From Cyclobacteriaceae bacterium (GTDB lineage Bacteria; Bacteroidota; Bacteroidia; Cytophagales; Cyclobacteriaceae), in the NCBI GenBank assembly GCA_003565295.1, contig PXCO01000129.1, positions 45,929 through 109,928 of the forward strand: DNA of 64,000 bases, read 5' to 3'. The translations under genes and the position numbers were made by a program. This document shows, in pieces, positions 9,224 through 18,196 of this stretch. The notes beneath the pieces are model-generated. The model did not search any database. It had not been told where the DNA came from and worked only from the letters and a program-made list of their open reading frames with translations. Positions within the stretch are counted from its first letter, which is position 1. Every line of letters begins with the position of its first letter.

Positions 9224-9610
9224 TCAGGTGACGATTTCCACTAAATTACCCTCCGGATCCTTGACCACAGCCTCGTAATAGCCATCTCCGGTGGTACGAG
9301 GTTTACTTTCTATGGTAAACCCGTCTTTCTTTAGTTGAGCTGTAAGGTCATCGACCATTTGTTTGGAACCAACGGAGATGGCAAAATGTGCCAAACCTAG
9401 CTCCTGTTGTTTCTCATTGTTTTTTTTGGATAGGTCAGGATGATGCATCAGTTCAAGCCTGCACCCGGGCTTAAAATTCAAAAAATAGGAAGAGAAATCT
9501 TTTTCTACATTGTGATATTTGTTTCCTGATCTGGCACCAAAATATTTCTCGTAAAACTTTCTCATTTTTTCCAAATCAGCTACCCATAAGGATACATGTT
9601 CAATTTTCAT
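9224..9610 (-). CDS. VOC/glyoxalase family protein
   Basis: 'MKIEHVSLWVADLEKMRKFYEKYFG' is a typical VOC N-terminus. I place the start at the internal ATG (9608-9610) rather than the 152-aa track ORF, whose extra 24 aa look like an upstream artefact. Confidence 0.75.
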   Translation of the reverse strand: MKIEHVSLWVADLEKMRKFYEKYFGARSGNKYHNVEKDFSSYFLNFKPGCRLELMHHPDLSKKNNEKQQELGLAHFAISVGSKQMVDDLTAQLKKDGFTIESKPRTTGDGYYEAVVKDPEGNLVEIVT

Positions 9611-9746
9611 AAAGCTGGTTAATATGATTGGAGAATAAACTAAAATGAACAGTAAATTAACCAATTTACCAAATAATCCCATAACCTTAGGAAATTAAAC
9701 TCACTTTGGGCTGTGTAACAGGCTTATAGAATATTTTGTCACGAGC

Positions 9747-12700
9747 TCATACCATGAGCTTTCTTTTTTCCTGCTCCGAATATTTGTGGAACTTTAGAAA
9801 GGCAGCAATGGAAACCATTAGTAAGATGGCTACGACCCAATATACCCAATGTGGTACCGGAACCGGATCTCCCTTGGCGTAAGAATGTAACCCGGACAAG
9901 TAGTAATTTACCCCAAATGAAGTCATTATAATAGCAGCGAAAGCCCAAAGGCTGCTCAAGGTGAAAAGGAACCCATCTTTTAACTTTGGCACTAATCGCA
10001 AGTGCAGTACAAATGCGTACACCACAATTGAAATCAAGGCCCAGGTTTCTTTGGGATCCCAGGCCCAATACCTGCCCCAGCTTTCATTGGCCCAAACGCC
10101 GCCTAAAAAGGTACCTACAGTTAGCAAAAAAAGCCCTATCGTTATGGACATTTCATTTACCATACGCAGCTCTCGTATGCTTCTCCACCATTTTTGAGAG
10201 GAATTCGAGGGCTTGAACAACAGCAATAATAAGCTTAGAAGGCCGATAACCGCAGCCAATGCCAAGGGTGCATATCCGCTGACAATGACGGCCACGTGTA
10301 TTTTCAGCCAATATGAATTCAATACGGGCATTAAATTGGTGATTTCAGGGTTAAGCCAATCCAAAAATCCCACAAATAATAGCGTACCTGCGAATAATAA
10401 CCCTAGTGGAAGGGTGAATTTGGACTTTTTGGAGAACCAAAGTCCAATCAAAAGGACGCCCCAAGCCACAAATATCAACATTTCAAATCCATCGCTCCAG
10501 GGCGGGTGCTTGGCGATGTACCACCTCAGGCCAAGGTGAAAGGAAAAAACGACAAAGCCTATCCATGCCATTATCTTCCCGACTTTCCATCCCCAAGACA
10601 ATGAAGGGTGGTCATAAAAAAGCATTAGCAGAACTACCAAAAGCAGTAACATGCCCAAAAACCAGAAGGGTGCAAAAAGTTTGGCGCCCAAGTTTAAGCG
10701 GTTATACAGAATTTCCGCCTTTATCAATGCCTCTCCGGGATACACAGCACTCCCGGCTTTGTTTTGATAGAGGGAAATATAGGAAAGCGTCTCGTCGGCC
10801 TCGGAGTAATCACCACTATCCAGGCCTTTTTCCAAGGCGCCCAGGTAGAGGTTGGTGATGTTTTTTACAAAGACGGCATCCTCTTCCTCAAACCCCTGTT
10901 TGTGCTGCTGACTGGTAAACCAGGTGTGGTTCGCATCCAATTTGTTGGGGAAAAGACGTAGAAAGTCCCCTGTCAATACCCCGTAGAATATATTGAAACG
11001 CTCGTCTATTTTAAGCAGTTCATTGTGGGTCTCATTTCTCTCTGAGGGTTTGAGCCGGTTGGCTTCTTCTACCAGGCCTTGAATCAGGTAATTGCCTTCC
11101 TCATCCACAAAATCCCTGAAACTAATGTTTGCAGAGGGTGTAATACCGAGTTTTTCAAATATTATTCCTCCTTTTTCCACATCTACTTTGATTAGGGGAA
11201 GAATGCTAAACCTGGGAGGGTCCAGTTGCACAGCCAATAGAAACTGTTCCGGACTTAACTGTACCATTGCGCCAGTTTCATCTGTGAATGTAACCTGGCT
11301 TTTCCCGCTTAATTTTCTGCTGATCTCATTGGCCAGGGTGTTCAGAGGTTTCATCCGGCCATCTAAATCCTGCACGATTAATCGGCCATAGGCATTTGCC
11401 TGCTCTGTGGGCACCACCCGAAAGGTCTCACTTATAGGAGATTGTTTTTGAGTACTGCCGATGGTGAAAAATAAAACAAGCAACCCTACCCCTGCAATGG
11501 CGGCCAATGCATGTTGTTTCGGTACAGGTATCTCCACAGGAGCGGAAGGTCTGATTAAGCCTAGTTTTTTGTTTAAAAGGCTAAACCTGCTGCCTTTTGT
11601 AAATAGGGTTAGGAACATACCTAAGGTAAGTAAAGTGTATCCCAGGTAAGTGAGCAATGTGCCTGGCCTGTCCCTGTTGATAGAAAGTACCGTTCCCCTT
11701 TCATCATTGTCAAAGGAGGATTGGTAAAACCTATATCCCTGATGATCCAGCACATTGTTCATAAAAATCCTGTAAGGGAATTCTTCCTTCCCATCCATGA
11801 CCATAACTTCGCTGGCATAGCTGGATGGGCTTTGACTGCCGGGATACCTTTCCAATTCAAAGGCATTCAGGTATAAGGAAAAGGGCAGTTTTTTGGCTTT
11901 TGGCCCATAAGCCAAAAGGTAATGCTCTCCCTCATGCTCAAAACCTGACCAATCCGTCCCCAGCCTAAGAAGCTTGCTATAGGTTTCAAAAATTTCCTCC
12001 CCACTTTCCGGATCCCTTACACTCAGTTTCACGGCATCCGGTAGCTCCTTTGCCATTGCTTCATTTTCTTCCGGAATGAAACTCACGCGGGCATCTTCAT
12101 GTATGGCTTTGACCATGAGGGCTCCTCCTTCCCACTGGTATAAGGTACGTAATTGAAGGGCCTGGGTGCCTCCTGCTGCCAATTTCCCCATTTTCTGGGT
12201 TTCCATTTCCATGACTTGCATGGGGACCTCAGAGCTGATTTTCCATTCACCAAGGTCCTTATACAATTTCACCCCGTGCCGTGCCTCTTTTTGGGTGCCC
12301 AGGGTAAAATGATCCAATTCCAGGAACTTTCCCTTTTCCACCAAATAGTCTTCCCGGTCTCCTTGGTGTACCACCGCCAAATCCAGGTAGGTTTTTTCAC
12401 CTTTCTCAAAGACCTGTTTTGCACCCTTAATATAGGATGTGATGCGGACTTCAAAGGGGTGATCCCCTACATTGGCATGAATGGATTTTGGGGTAAATCC
12501 CTTGGGGATCAGGTTGAGTGCTTTAACGAAGGGGGAATGGGAGGGCTCTTCTTTTAAATGAAACTGTAAGTAATTCTCATTGGAATAGTAGGTGTCCTGT
12601 TCTCTTCCTTCCCGAATGTGCATAATCCCCTCTTCACTAAAGTACCGGGTAACACCAGCGCCTAGGACGATGATCACAAAGGCAATATGAAAAAGACCCA

Positions 12701-12929
12701 CTGGCCATTTTTCCTTCTGAAATAAACGGTAATGGTTGATGTGTGCCAAAAAATTGAGGGAGAGCCAGATCAAAATAACCTCGAACCACCAAGCCTCATA
12801 CACCAGCCCCCTTGCTACCGCGGTGCCATGGTCATTTTCTATAAAGGTAGCCACGGCCATAGAAATGGCCAGTGCAATGAGCAATACCAGAGTGACACGG
12901 GTAGAAAAGAAATGCTTTATAAACTTCAT
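9747..12929 (-). CDS. ccsBA: Fused cytochrome c biogenesis protein CcsBA (System II haem lyase; ResB-like N-terminal half plus CcsA C-terminal half)
   Basis: 1,060 aa polytopic membrane protein. Trp-rich WWD motif 'WGRYWAWDPKETW' in the C-terminal half. Large soluble loop between N-terminal TM segments, as in ResB/CcsB. Last gene of the nrfHA transcription unit. Confidence 0.85.
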   Translation of the reverse strand: MKFIKHFFSTRVTLVLLIALAISMAVATFIENDHGTAVARGLVYEAWWFEVILIWLSLNFLAHINHYRLFQKEKWPVGLFHIAFVIIVLGAGVTRYFSEEGIMHIREGREQDTYYSNENYLQFHLKEEPSHSPFVKALNLIPKGFTPKSIHANVGDHPFEVRITSYIKGAKQVFEKGEKTYLDLAVVHQGDREDYLVEKGKFLELDHFTLGTQKEARHGVKLYKDLGEWKISSEVPMQVMEMETQKMGKLAAGGTQALQLRTLYQWEGGALMVKAIHEDARVSFIPEENEAMAKELPDAVKLSVRDPESGEEIFETYSKLLRLGTDWSGFEHEGEHYLLAYGPKAKKLPFSLYLNAFELERYPGSQSPSSYASEVMVMDGKEEFPYRIFMNNVLDHQGYRFYQSSFDNDERGTVLSINRDRPGTLLTYLGYTLLTLGMFLTLFTKGSRFSLLNKKLGLIRPSAPVEIPVPKQHALAAIAGVGLLVLFFTIGSTQKQSPISETFRVVPTEQANAYGRLIVQDLDGRMKPLNTLANEISRKLSGKSQVTFTDETGAMVQLSPEQFLLAVQLDPPRFSILPLIKVDVEKGGIIFEKLGITPSANISFRDFVDEEGNYLIQGLVEEANRLKPSERNETHNELLKIDERFNIFYGVLTGDFLRLFPNKLDANHTWFTSQQHKQGFEEEDAVFVKNITNLYLGALEKGLDSGDYSEADETLSYISLYQNKAGSAVYPGEALIKAEILYNRLNLGAKLFAPFWFLGMLLLLVVLLMLFYDHPSLSWGWKVGKIMAWIGFVVFSFHLGLRWYIAKHPPWSDGFEMLIFVAWGVLLIGLWFSKKSKFTLPLGLLFAGTLLFVGFLDWLNPEITNLMPVLNSYWLKIHVAVIVSGYAPLALAAVIGLLSLLLLLFKPSNSSQKWWRSIRELRMVNEMSITIGLFLLTVGTFLGGVWANESWGRYWAWDPKETWALISIVVYAFVLHLRLVPKLKDGFLFTLSSLWAFAAIIMTSFGVNYYLSGLHSYAKGDPVPVPHWVYWVVAILLMVSIAAFLKFHKYSEQEKRKLMV

Positions 12930-12934
12930 GTTGG

Positions 12935-14260
12935 TCAGAGTAAAATCCCTATAAATTTATTTTTCATGGTAGGCCTAAAAATGATCATCAAATAGGCCCA
13001 GTTCTGCGTTCGCTTTGGGGTCTCTACACCCTGAATATACGCAAAAGTATCGGTGTGGAAAAGCTGGCTGTATCCAGCTTGCAGGGAGATGGCAGAAGTG
13101 TACACATATCCCACTGACAAGTCCAACTCTGTACCGAAGAAGGAAGGCATTCGCTCCGTCCCCGTGCCCTCTTGGCGCCAAACGTCAGCATGTGAGAAAA
13201 ACCCATGTACGTCTCCCTGAACAAATAATTTTTTGTTGAAGGCGTATCTTGATTTGAAATAAAAATCCTGTAATCCCACATTGTTTTCATGTGCACCTCC
13301 CACATAGAAAAGGTCCATGTACCCATTAAAGAGGTGATTGGTACCATATAAAGGGTTGTAGGAGCGGTTGCTTTCTGAATGGGTATTGTCGGTACCCGAA
13401 AGTATTTCCGCCCCACCTAACAAGGTAAGGGCACTTCCTTTTTCCACATCAAAGGGGAGCACATGGCTATAGTTGAGGGACACGTTAAAGGCATTTACAT
13501 TTTTACCCATAGGGTCCTTGCCGAATTGGTGATAGTAGTAAAACTGGAAGGCATTATTGCCCTCCTTATACCGGAGCATGGGAACCCCCAGAGTCTGCCG
13601 ATGAAACAACCTTTCCTCCGTGATGTTGCCCACCTGGTCTCTTGCCACAAATTGCCTCCCATCGTTCCAGAATAGGGCTGAGAATTCGAATTTGCCAAAG
13701 ATGTTTTCGTAACGTGCCATCTGGGCCGTTTTGTATTGATTGGGGGTAAGGAACAGATTTCCGCTTAGGAGCTGGGCATCCTGGTTGTATCCGCCCCCAA
13801 AATGGAGCTTGGCCGATTCTTTTTCGTATTTGACAAGAGCAAAGTCATGGGATCTGGCTTGAAGTGCCCAATCCAGATTGCCCAAGAAACGAAAATTGTC
13901 ATAATTCAGCTCCTGCCTTCCTAATTTTACCTTCCAGTTTTCCCCGATTTTTGTTTCGGCCCAGGCCTCGTGCAGGGAGAGGTAGGTATCTGAAGCTTTA
14001 ACCTGGGGGGTACTGCCCCAGGTTCTTATATCCTGAACACTCATGTACAAGGTCAGGTTTTCGAATTCATATTGGGCCTGCAGCCTCGCCCGGTGGGCAA
14101 TAAATGAGGCTGGTTTATGGCCTTCTGGGATAACCCTGTTGAAACCGTTTCTGAATTCAGAACGTTGAATGATCTGCCCATCCACACTAAATTGGGCATA
14201 GAGATTCTGTAGGGATAAGAACATAAGTGTCCCTATCCAGATTTTTGATAACCTGGCCAT
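12935..14260 (-). CDS. Outer-membrane beta-barrel protein (alginate-export/porin-like), embedded in the nrf operon
   Basis: 441 aa. Signal peptide 'MARLSKIWIGTLMFLSLQNLYAQ'. Alternating-hydrophobicity strands rich in aromatic/Gly residues throughout. Five nt upstream of ccsBA and 41 nt downstream of nrfA. Confidence 0.55.
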   Translation of the reverse strand: MARLSKIWIGTLMFLSLQNLYAQFSVDGQIIQRSEFRNGFNRVIPEGHKPASFIAHRARLQAQYEFENLTLYMSVQDIRTWGSTPQVKASDTYLSLHEAWAETKIGENWKVKLGRQELNYDNFRFLGNLDWALQARSHDFALVKYEKESAKLHFGGGYNQDAQLLSGNLFLTPNQYKTAQMARYENIFGKFEFSALFWNDGRQFVARDQVGNITEERLFHRQTLGVPMLRYKEGNNAFQFYYYHQFGKDPMGKNVNAFNVSLNYSHVLPFDVEKGSALTLLGGAEILSGTDNTHSESNRSYNPLYGTNHLFNGYMDLFYVGGAHENNVGLQDFYFKSRYAFNKKLFVQGDVHGFFSHADVWRQEGTGTERMPSFFGTELDLSVGYVYTSAISLQAGYSQLFHTDTFAYIQGVETPKRTQNWAYLMIIFRPTMKNKFIGILL

Positions 14261-14301
14261 AATGTTTAAGATTTTCAGTAAGAGACGTTAAATTGGGTAG
14301 G

Positions 14302-15795
14302 TTATCTGGTGCTTACGGTTTTAACTTCCTTTTGAGCTTCTCTTTTCTTACCCTCTTTGAGCCATTGAGGTACAACCTCTTCGAGGAATTTTTCTTTGGC
14401 CTGCTTCTCAGCCGGGATATCAAGTCCTATATAGGCTTGAAGGGCGGCCTTGTCATTGAAGTCAGGCATTTCCACAGGAGCGTTGTGCCCTTTTTCTGCC
14501 AGAAGCCTGGCCAGGGAGATACGTGTTTCCTGAATGAGGTCAGTGGCGGAGGTAATTAACCGGCTGGATTCCAGGGGAGCATGAAAAGCCCCTCCATGAG
14601 AAGCTACCACATAGTCCCATCTCCATTGGGCATGACGGATCCCTTTCAGGATATATTCCATTTCTGTCTCAGTGGCCCCTAATTCCCAGGCCTTTCCGGC
14701 CTCAATATGAGCCTTTGCAATGAGTTTTTGCAGATTCGAGGAACCTTCTTTCACCTTTCTCTGCCGATCAAAGACATCTGTCATGAGGTCCTCCTGCTTT
14801 TCCCTATGGCACACGAAGCAGGAATTTTCCACATTGCTTAAGGGGGAACCTATATGATGGTCGGTGAATTTCTGGCCACCTTCGTTCTTATAGGGCATAT
14901 GGCAATCCGCACAAGAAACCCCTCTCTTGGCATGCACCCCGGTGGAATATAGCTCATAATCAGGATGCTGTGCCTTAAGCATTTTTGCCTTGCTGATGGG
15001 GTGTACCCAATCTGCAAAATCTATTTCGTCAAAATAACTTTCTACGGATAAACCATCCATCCCTTTGTGCCAAGGAAAGGTGAGGTATTGAGCGCCTTCT
15101 TTTCCCTCCTTATTTTTGTCAAAATAATATTCCACATGGCATTGGGCGCAGACCAGTGAACGCATCTCCTGGTGGGAGGCTTCGTTGATGTCCTTGTCCA
15201 TGGCCTCGTAAGCCTCAATAAGGGCTGGCCTGGTAATGGTAAGGTTCATCGTTTTGGGATCATGACAGTCGGCACAGCCAATAGGGTTGATGACCTCCGA
15301 GCCAAAATCAGACAATTTGTGGCTATAATATTCCGTAACCCCCATCTCACTCATCAGCCTGGGCACATCCGTGCTTTTACAGGTCCAGCAGGTGCTTGGC
15401 ATTGGGCCGTCCCCCTCTTCCATGGGAGCACCTGTACGCAAGGTTTGAAGAACATCGGTAACGGCATAAGCATGCCCCCGGGGATGGTTATAGTCCTTGC
15501 TGAAGGCATATCCCGCCCAGAGTATTACCAGCTCGGGCTGATCGTCCAATACATCCTTGAACCCGCTGGTGTTGTACATGCTTTTAAAGGTGGTATCCTT
15601 GGTTTTCATATAGGACTGATATTGCCTGGGATAATTCAACCCCCAAACGCTGTCCCTTGGCTCTATCCCTTCTATTTGTACCTTGGGCTGATAGGCAAAC
15701 CTCGCTTCTGCCTTTCTGTCCATTATGGTATAAGCCAACATGGCCAACAGAAAGACGACTACCGCTGTTAATCCAAAAAGTATCCAGTTTTTCAT
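14302..15795 (-). CDS. nrfA: Ammonia-forming cytochrome c nitrite reductase, pentahaem catalytic subunit NrfA
   Basis: 497 aa with an N-terminal membrane anchor. Five haem motifs: CWTCK (the diagnostic CXXCK active-site haem), CADCH, CAQCH, CADCH and CFVCH. Confidence 0.95.
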   Translation of the reverse strand: MKNWILFGLTAVVVFLLAMLAYTIMDRKAEARFAYQPKVQIEGIEPRDSVWGLNYPRQYQSYMKTKDTTFKSMYNTSGFKDVLDDQPELVILWAGYAFSKDYNHPRGHAYAVTDVLQTLRTGAPMEEGDGPMPSTCWTCKSTDVPRLMSEMGVTEYYSHKLSDFGSEVINPIGCADCHDPKTMNLTITRPALIEAYEAMDKDINEASHQEMRSLVCAQCHVEYYFDKNKEGKEGAQYLTFPWHKGMDGLSVESYFDEIDFADWVHPISKAKMLKAQHPDYELYSTGVHAKRGVSCADCHMPYKNEGGQKFTDHHIGSPLSNVENSCFVCHREKQEDLMTDVFDRQRKVKEGSSNLQKLIAKAHIEAGKAWELGATETEMEYILKGIRHAQWRWDYVVASHGGAFHAPLESSRLITSATDLIQETRISLARLLAEKGHNAPVEMPDFNDKAALQAYIGLDIPAEKQAKEKFLEEVVPQWLKEGKKREAQKEVKTVSTR

Positions 15796-15822
15796 AATAG
15801 ATGAGGGTTTGGTAAAAGATTT

Positions 15823-16461
15823 TTATTTTGTTTGGTGTTCGTTTTTCATGCTTTCTTTCAGCCATTTAGGAATGACTTCAAGGTCTGGCGGGGCATGGGC
15901 GCGTATAGGTTCTATTTGGTGCCCTACAGAACTTAGGCTTCTCACCCTTCCGTGGGGAACTTCCCTGTGGCATTCCCAACATAGGCGGTCGGTACGATGA
16001 TGCTGATGCCCTGCTACCACATCCAATAATTTGGCATCTGTGACCTGGTCTTGGTGGCACCTTATACAGTTATTTTGTATGACCCTTATGGACCCCTCTC
16101 TGGCTTTGATTACCTGAGGTTCTGCTCTTAAAGTGAATATGGTACTATGATACAGGCCATCCGAGGCCTTGAAATAATATTTGTTAAGTACATTGTCATG
16201 GGGAACATGGCAGTCGTTGCAATGGGCCACCTCCCGGTGTGAGCTATGTGTCCATGTAATGTACTGCGGTGTCATCACGTGGCAGTTCACACATGCTTGC
16301 GGATCGTCCGATAGGTAAGAAGCTGCGTTGCTTAGCCTTAAGGTGTAAAAGCCGAGCCCAACTATACTGGCAACCAACACAATGGCCACCGGCCTCCATC
16401 TCCTGGGAGGGATCAGGCTGTATTGAAAAAGTCTCCGCTTGGTTTTTCTCCATTTACCCAT
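15823..16461 (-). CDS. nrfH: Cytochrome c nitrite reductase small subunit NrfH (tetrahaem NapC/NirT-type quinol dehydrogenase)
   Basis: 212 aa with an N-terminal TM helix. Four CXXCH motifs (CVNCH, CNDCH, CIRCH, CWECH). Lies 27 nt upstream of nrfA. Confidence 0.9.
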   Translation of the reverse strand: MGKWRKTKRRLFQYSLIPPRRWRPVAIVLVASIVGLGFYTLRLSNAASYLSDDPQACVNCHVMTPQYITWTHSSHREVAHCNDCHVPHDNVLNKYYFKASDGLYHSTIFTLRAEPQVIKAREGSIRVIQNNCIRCHQDQVTDAKLLDVVAGHQHHRTDRLCWECHREVPHGRVRSLSSVGHQIEPIRAHAPPDLEVIPKWLKESMKNEHQTK

Positions 16462-16808
16462 TGCTGGCAGGTTTTATTTGAGGGCAAAACTAAACATATA
16501 AACAAATTTAAATCATGATAAATGTCATGTTTTTGACGGATTATTACCATTTATAAATACAAAACTATCCTTTTAACCGACCCTTGCAAATTTTGTACGT
16601 ATTAATTGAGATTAAATTCGAAAATTTTTTAACGTAAAAACACGTATATATTAATGTTTCATTTTTCAAAATTAAGTATTTGTATCAAATATACGTAAAA
16701 AAAATAAGTAAAAATACTTAATAAATTTATTTTTTGTTTTATCTTGCGATCCAATCCTACACCCAAATAGCCAGGTACTTTAATCTTTAACCCCTAAATG
16801 AACATCAA
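16462..16808. promoter_or_regulatory. AT-rich divergent control region between nrfH and narK
   Basis: 347-bp ORF-free, very AT-rich spacer between divergently oriented operons. It holds four ACGTA(W)A cores (16597, 16632, 16642, 16693) and a perfect 9-bp inverted repeat taagtattt/aaatactta (16673-16681 / 16712-16720). Confidence 0.55.
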
Positions 16809-18164
16809 ATGAACAAGTTACAAAAAGCTACCTCTATTCGCTTGTTTAGCTTCGGCACTCCTCAGATGAGGGCTTTCCACATGTCATGGATCGCCTTTTT
16901 CCTTTGTTTTTTCGGTTGGTTTGGCATCGCCCCCCTGATGCCCCTGATCCGGGAGGAACTTGGACTCACCAAATCCCAAATCGGGAATATCATCATTGCA
17001 TCGGTAGCCATCACCGTATTTGCCCGGCTATTGGTGGGGTGGATATGTGATAAGTACGGTCCCAGGATCACTTATACCTACCTTTTGATTTTAGGGGCTA
17101 TCCCTGTGATGGGAATAGGCCTCAGCAACAGTTATGAAACGTTTTTGGCTTTTAGATTGGCCATAGGGGCCATTGGTGCAGCCTTCGTGGTCACCCAATA
17201 CCATACCTCGGTGATGTTTGCCCCCAATGTGGTGGGAACTGCTAATGCCACAAGTGCAGGTTGGGGAAACCTTGGCGGTGGCGTTACCCAGATGCTGATG
17301 CCCCTTATTTTTGCGGGATTCGTGGCCTTGGGATTCCTGGATCATCAGGCCTGGAGATGGGCCATGGTGGTACCAGGATTGGCAATGATGCTTTGCGGGG
17401 TCTTGTATTATAGGTATACCACGGATTTCCCTGAGGGTAACATTGCTGATATCATTAAACCTGCCCACCTAGCTCCCAAGAAGAAAAAGGGCAAAGGTGC
17501 TTTTTACAAAGCTTTGAAAGATAGCCGGGTATGGGCATTGTTCCTGATTTATGGGGCATGTTTCGGCATAGAGCTTACCATAAACAATGTAGCGGCTATT
17601 TACTTCCATGATCACTTTAGACTGGACTTAAAGACCGCAGGGTTGATTGCAGGCTTATTTGGGTTGATGAATCTTTTTGCCCGATCGGCAGGAGGTTTTT
17701 TCGGGGATAAGGCAGGCATTAAGTGGGGGCTTAGGGGCAGGGTCTGGTTATTGGGCGCACTTCTTTTATTGGAAGGGCTTACCCTGATCCTCTTTTCCCA
17801 AATGGCCATATTGTCCCTGGCCATAGGTGCTTTGGTGATCTTTAGCCTGTTTACCCAAATGGCGGAAGGAGCCACATTTGCGGTGGTCCCCTTTATCAAC
17901 AAAAAGGCGGTAGGCGCCGTATCCGGCATTGTAGGAGCCGGGGGCAACGTGGGAGCTGTTATGGCTGGGTTTTTATTCAAATCCGAAAATCTGCCCTATC
18001 AGCAGGCTTTACTCATCCTGGGCATTAGCGTTACGGTGGTTTCCTTGTTGGCATTGGTGGTGAAGTTCTCCACAGCCGATGAAAAAGCGGCTGCACATGA
18101 ACTGGAATCGGCGCTGGCATCCAGGGAACTGGAGCTCGCCCCTGCCTATCACTTGAAAAAATAA
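16809..18164 (+). CDS. narK: MFS nitrate/nitrite porter (NNP family, NarK/NasA-type)
   Basis: 451 aa, about 12 TM segments. Both NNP nitrate-signature motifs are present: 'AGWGNLGGG' and 'GAGGNVGAV'. Confidence 0.9.
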   Translation: MNKLQKATSIRLFSFGTPQMRAFHMSWIAFFLCFFGWFGIAPLMPLIREELGLTKSQIGNIIIASVAITVFARLLVGWICDKYGPRITYTYLLILGAIPVMGIGLSNSYETFLAFRLAIGAIGAAFVVTQYHTSVMFAPNVVGTANATSAGWGNLGGGVTQMLMPLIFAGFVALGFLDHQAWRWAMVVPGLAMMLCGVLYYRYTTDFPEGNIADIIKPAHLAPKKKKGKGAFYKALKDSRVWALFLIYGACFGIELTINNVAAIYFHDHFRLDLKTAGLIAGLFGLMNLFARSAGGFFGDKAGIKWGLRGRVWLLGALLLLEGLTLILFSQMAILSLAIGALVIFSLFTQMAEGATFAVVPFINKKAVGAVSGIVGAGGNVGAVMAGFLFKSENLPYQQALLILGISVTVVSLLALVVKFSTADEKAAAHELESALASRELELAPAYHLKK

Positions 18165-18196
18165 ATTCTGCTCTCATTACTTACCCGTGTGCTGCT

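Noticed and set aside
9739-10068. 109-aa minus-strand ORF in an alternative frame at the 3' end of ccsBA
   Set aside because: It overlaps the conserved CcsA domain, including the WWD-motif region, in another frame. No independent support.
15172-15771. 199-aa ORF on the plus strand
   Set aside because: It is antisense to nrfA, which has five haem motifs in the other frame, so it is a shadow ORF.
16462-16808. Canonical FNR/CRP (TTGAT-N4-ATCAA) or NarL heptamer sites in the nrf/nas control region
   Set aside because: I could not find a convincing match. Only a weak tttg-tat-caaa palindrome is present, so no specific regulator is assigned.
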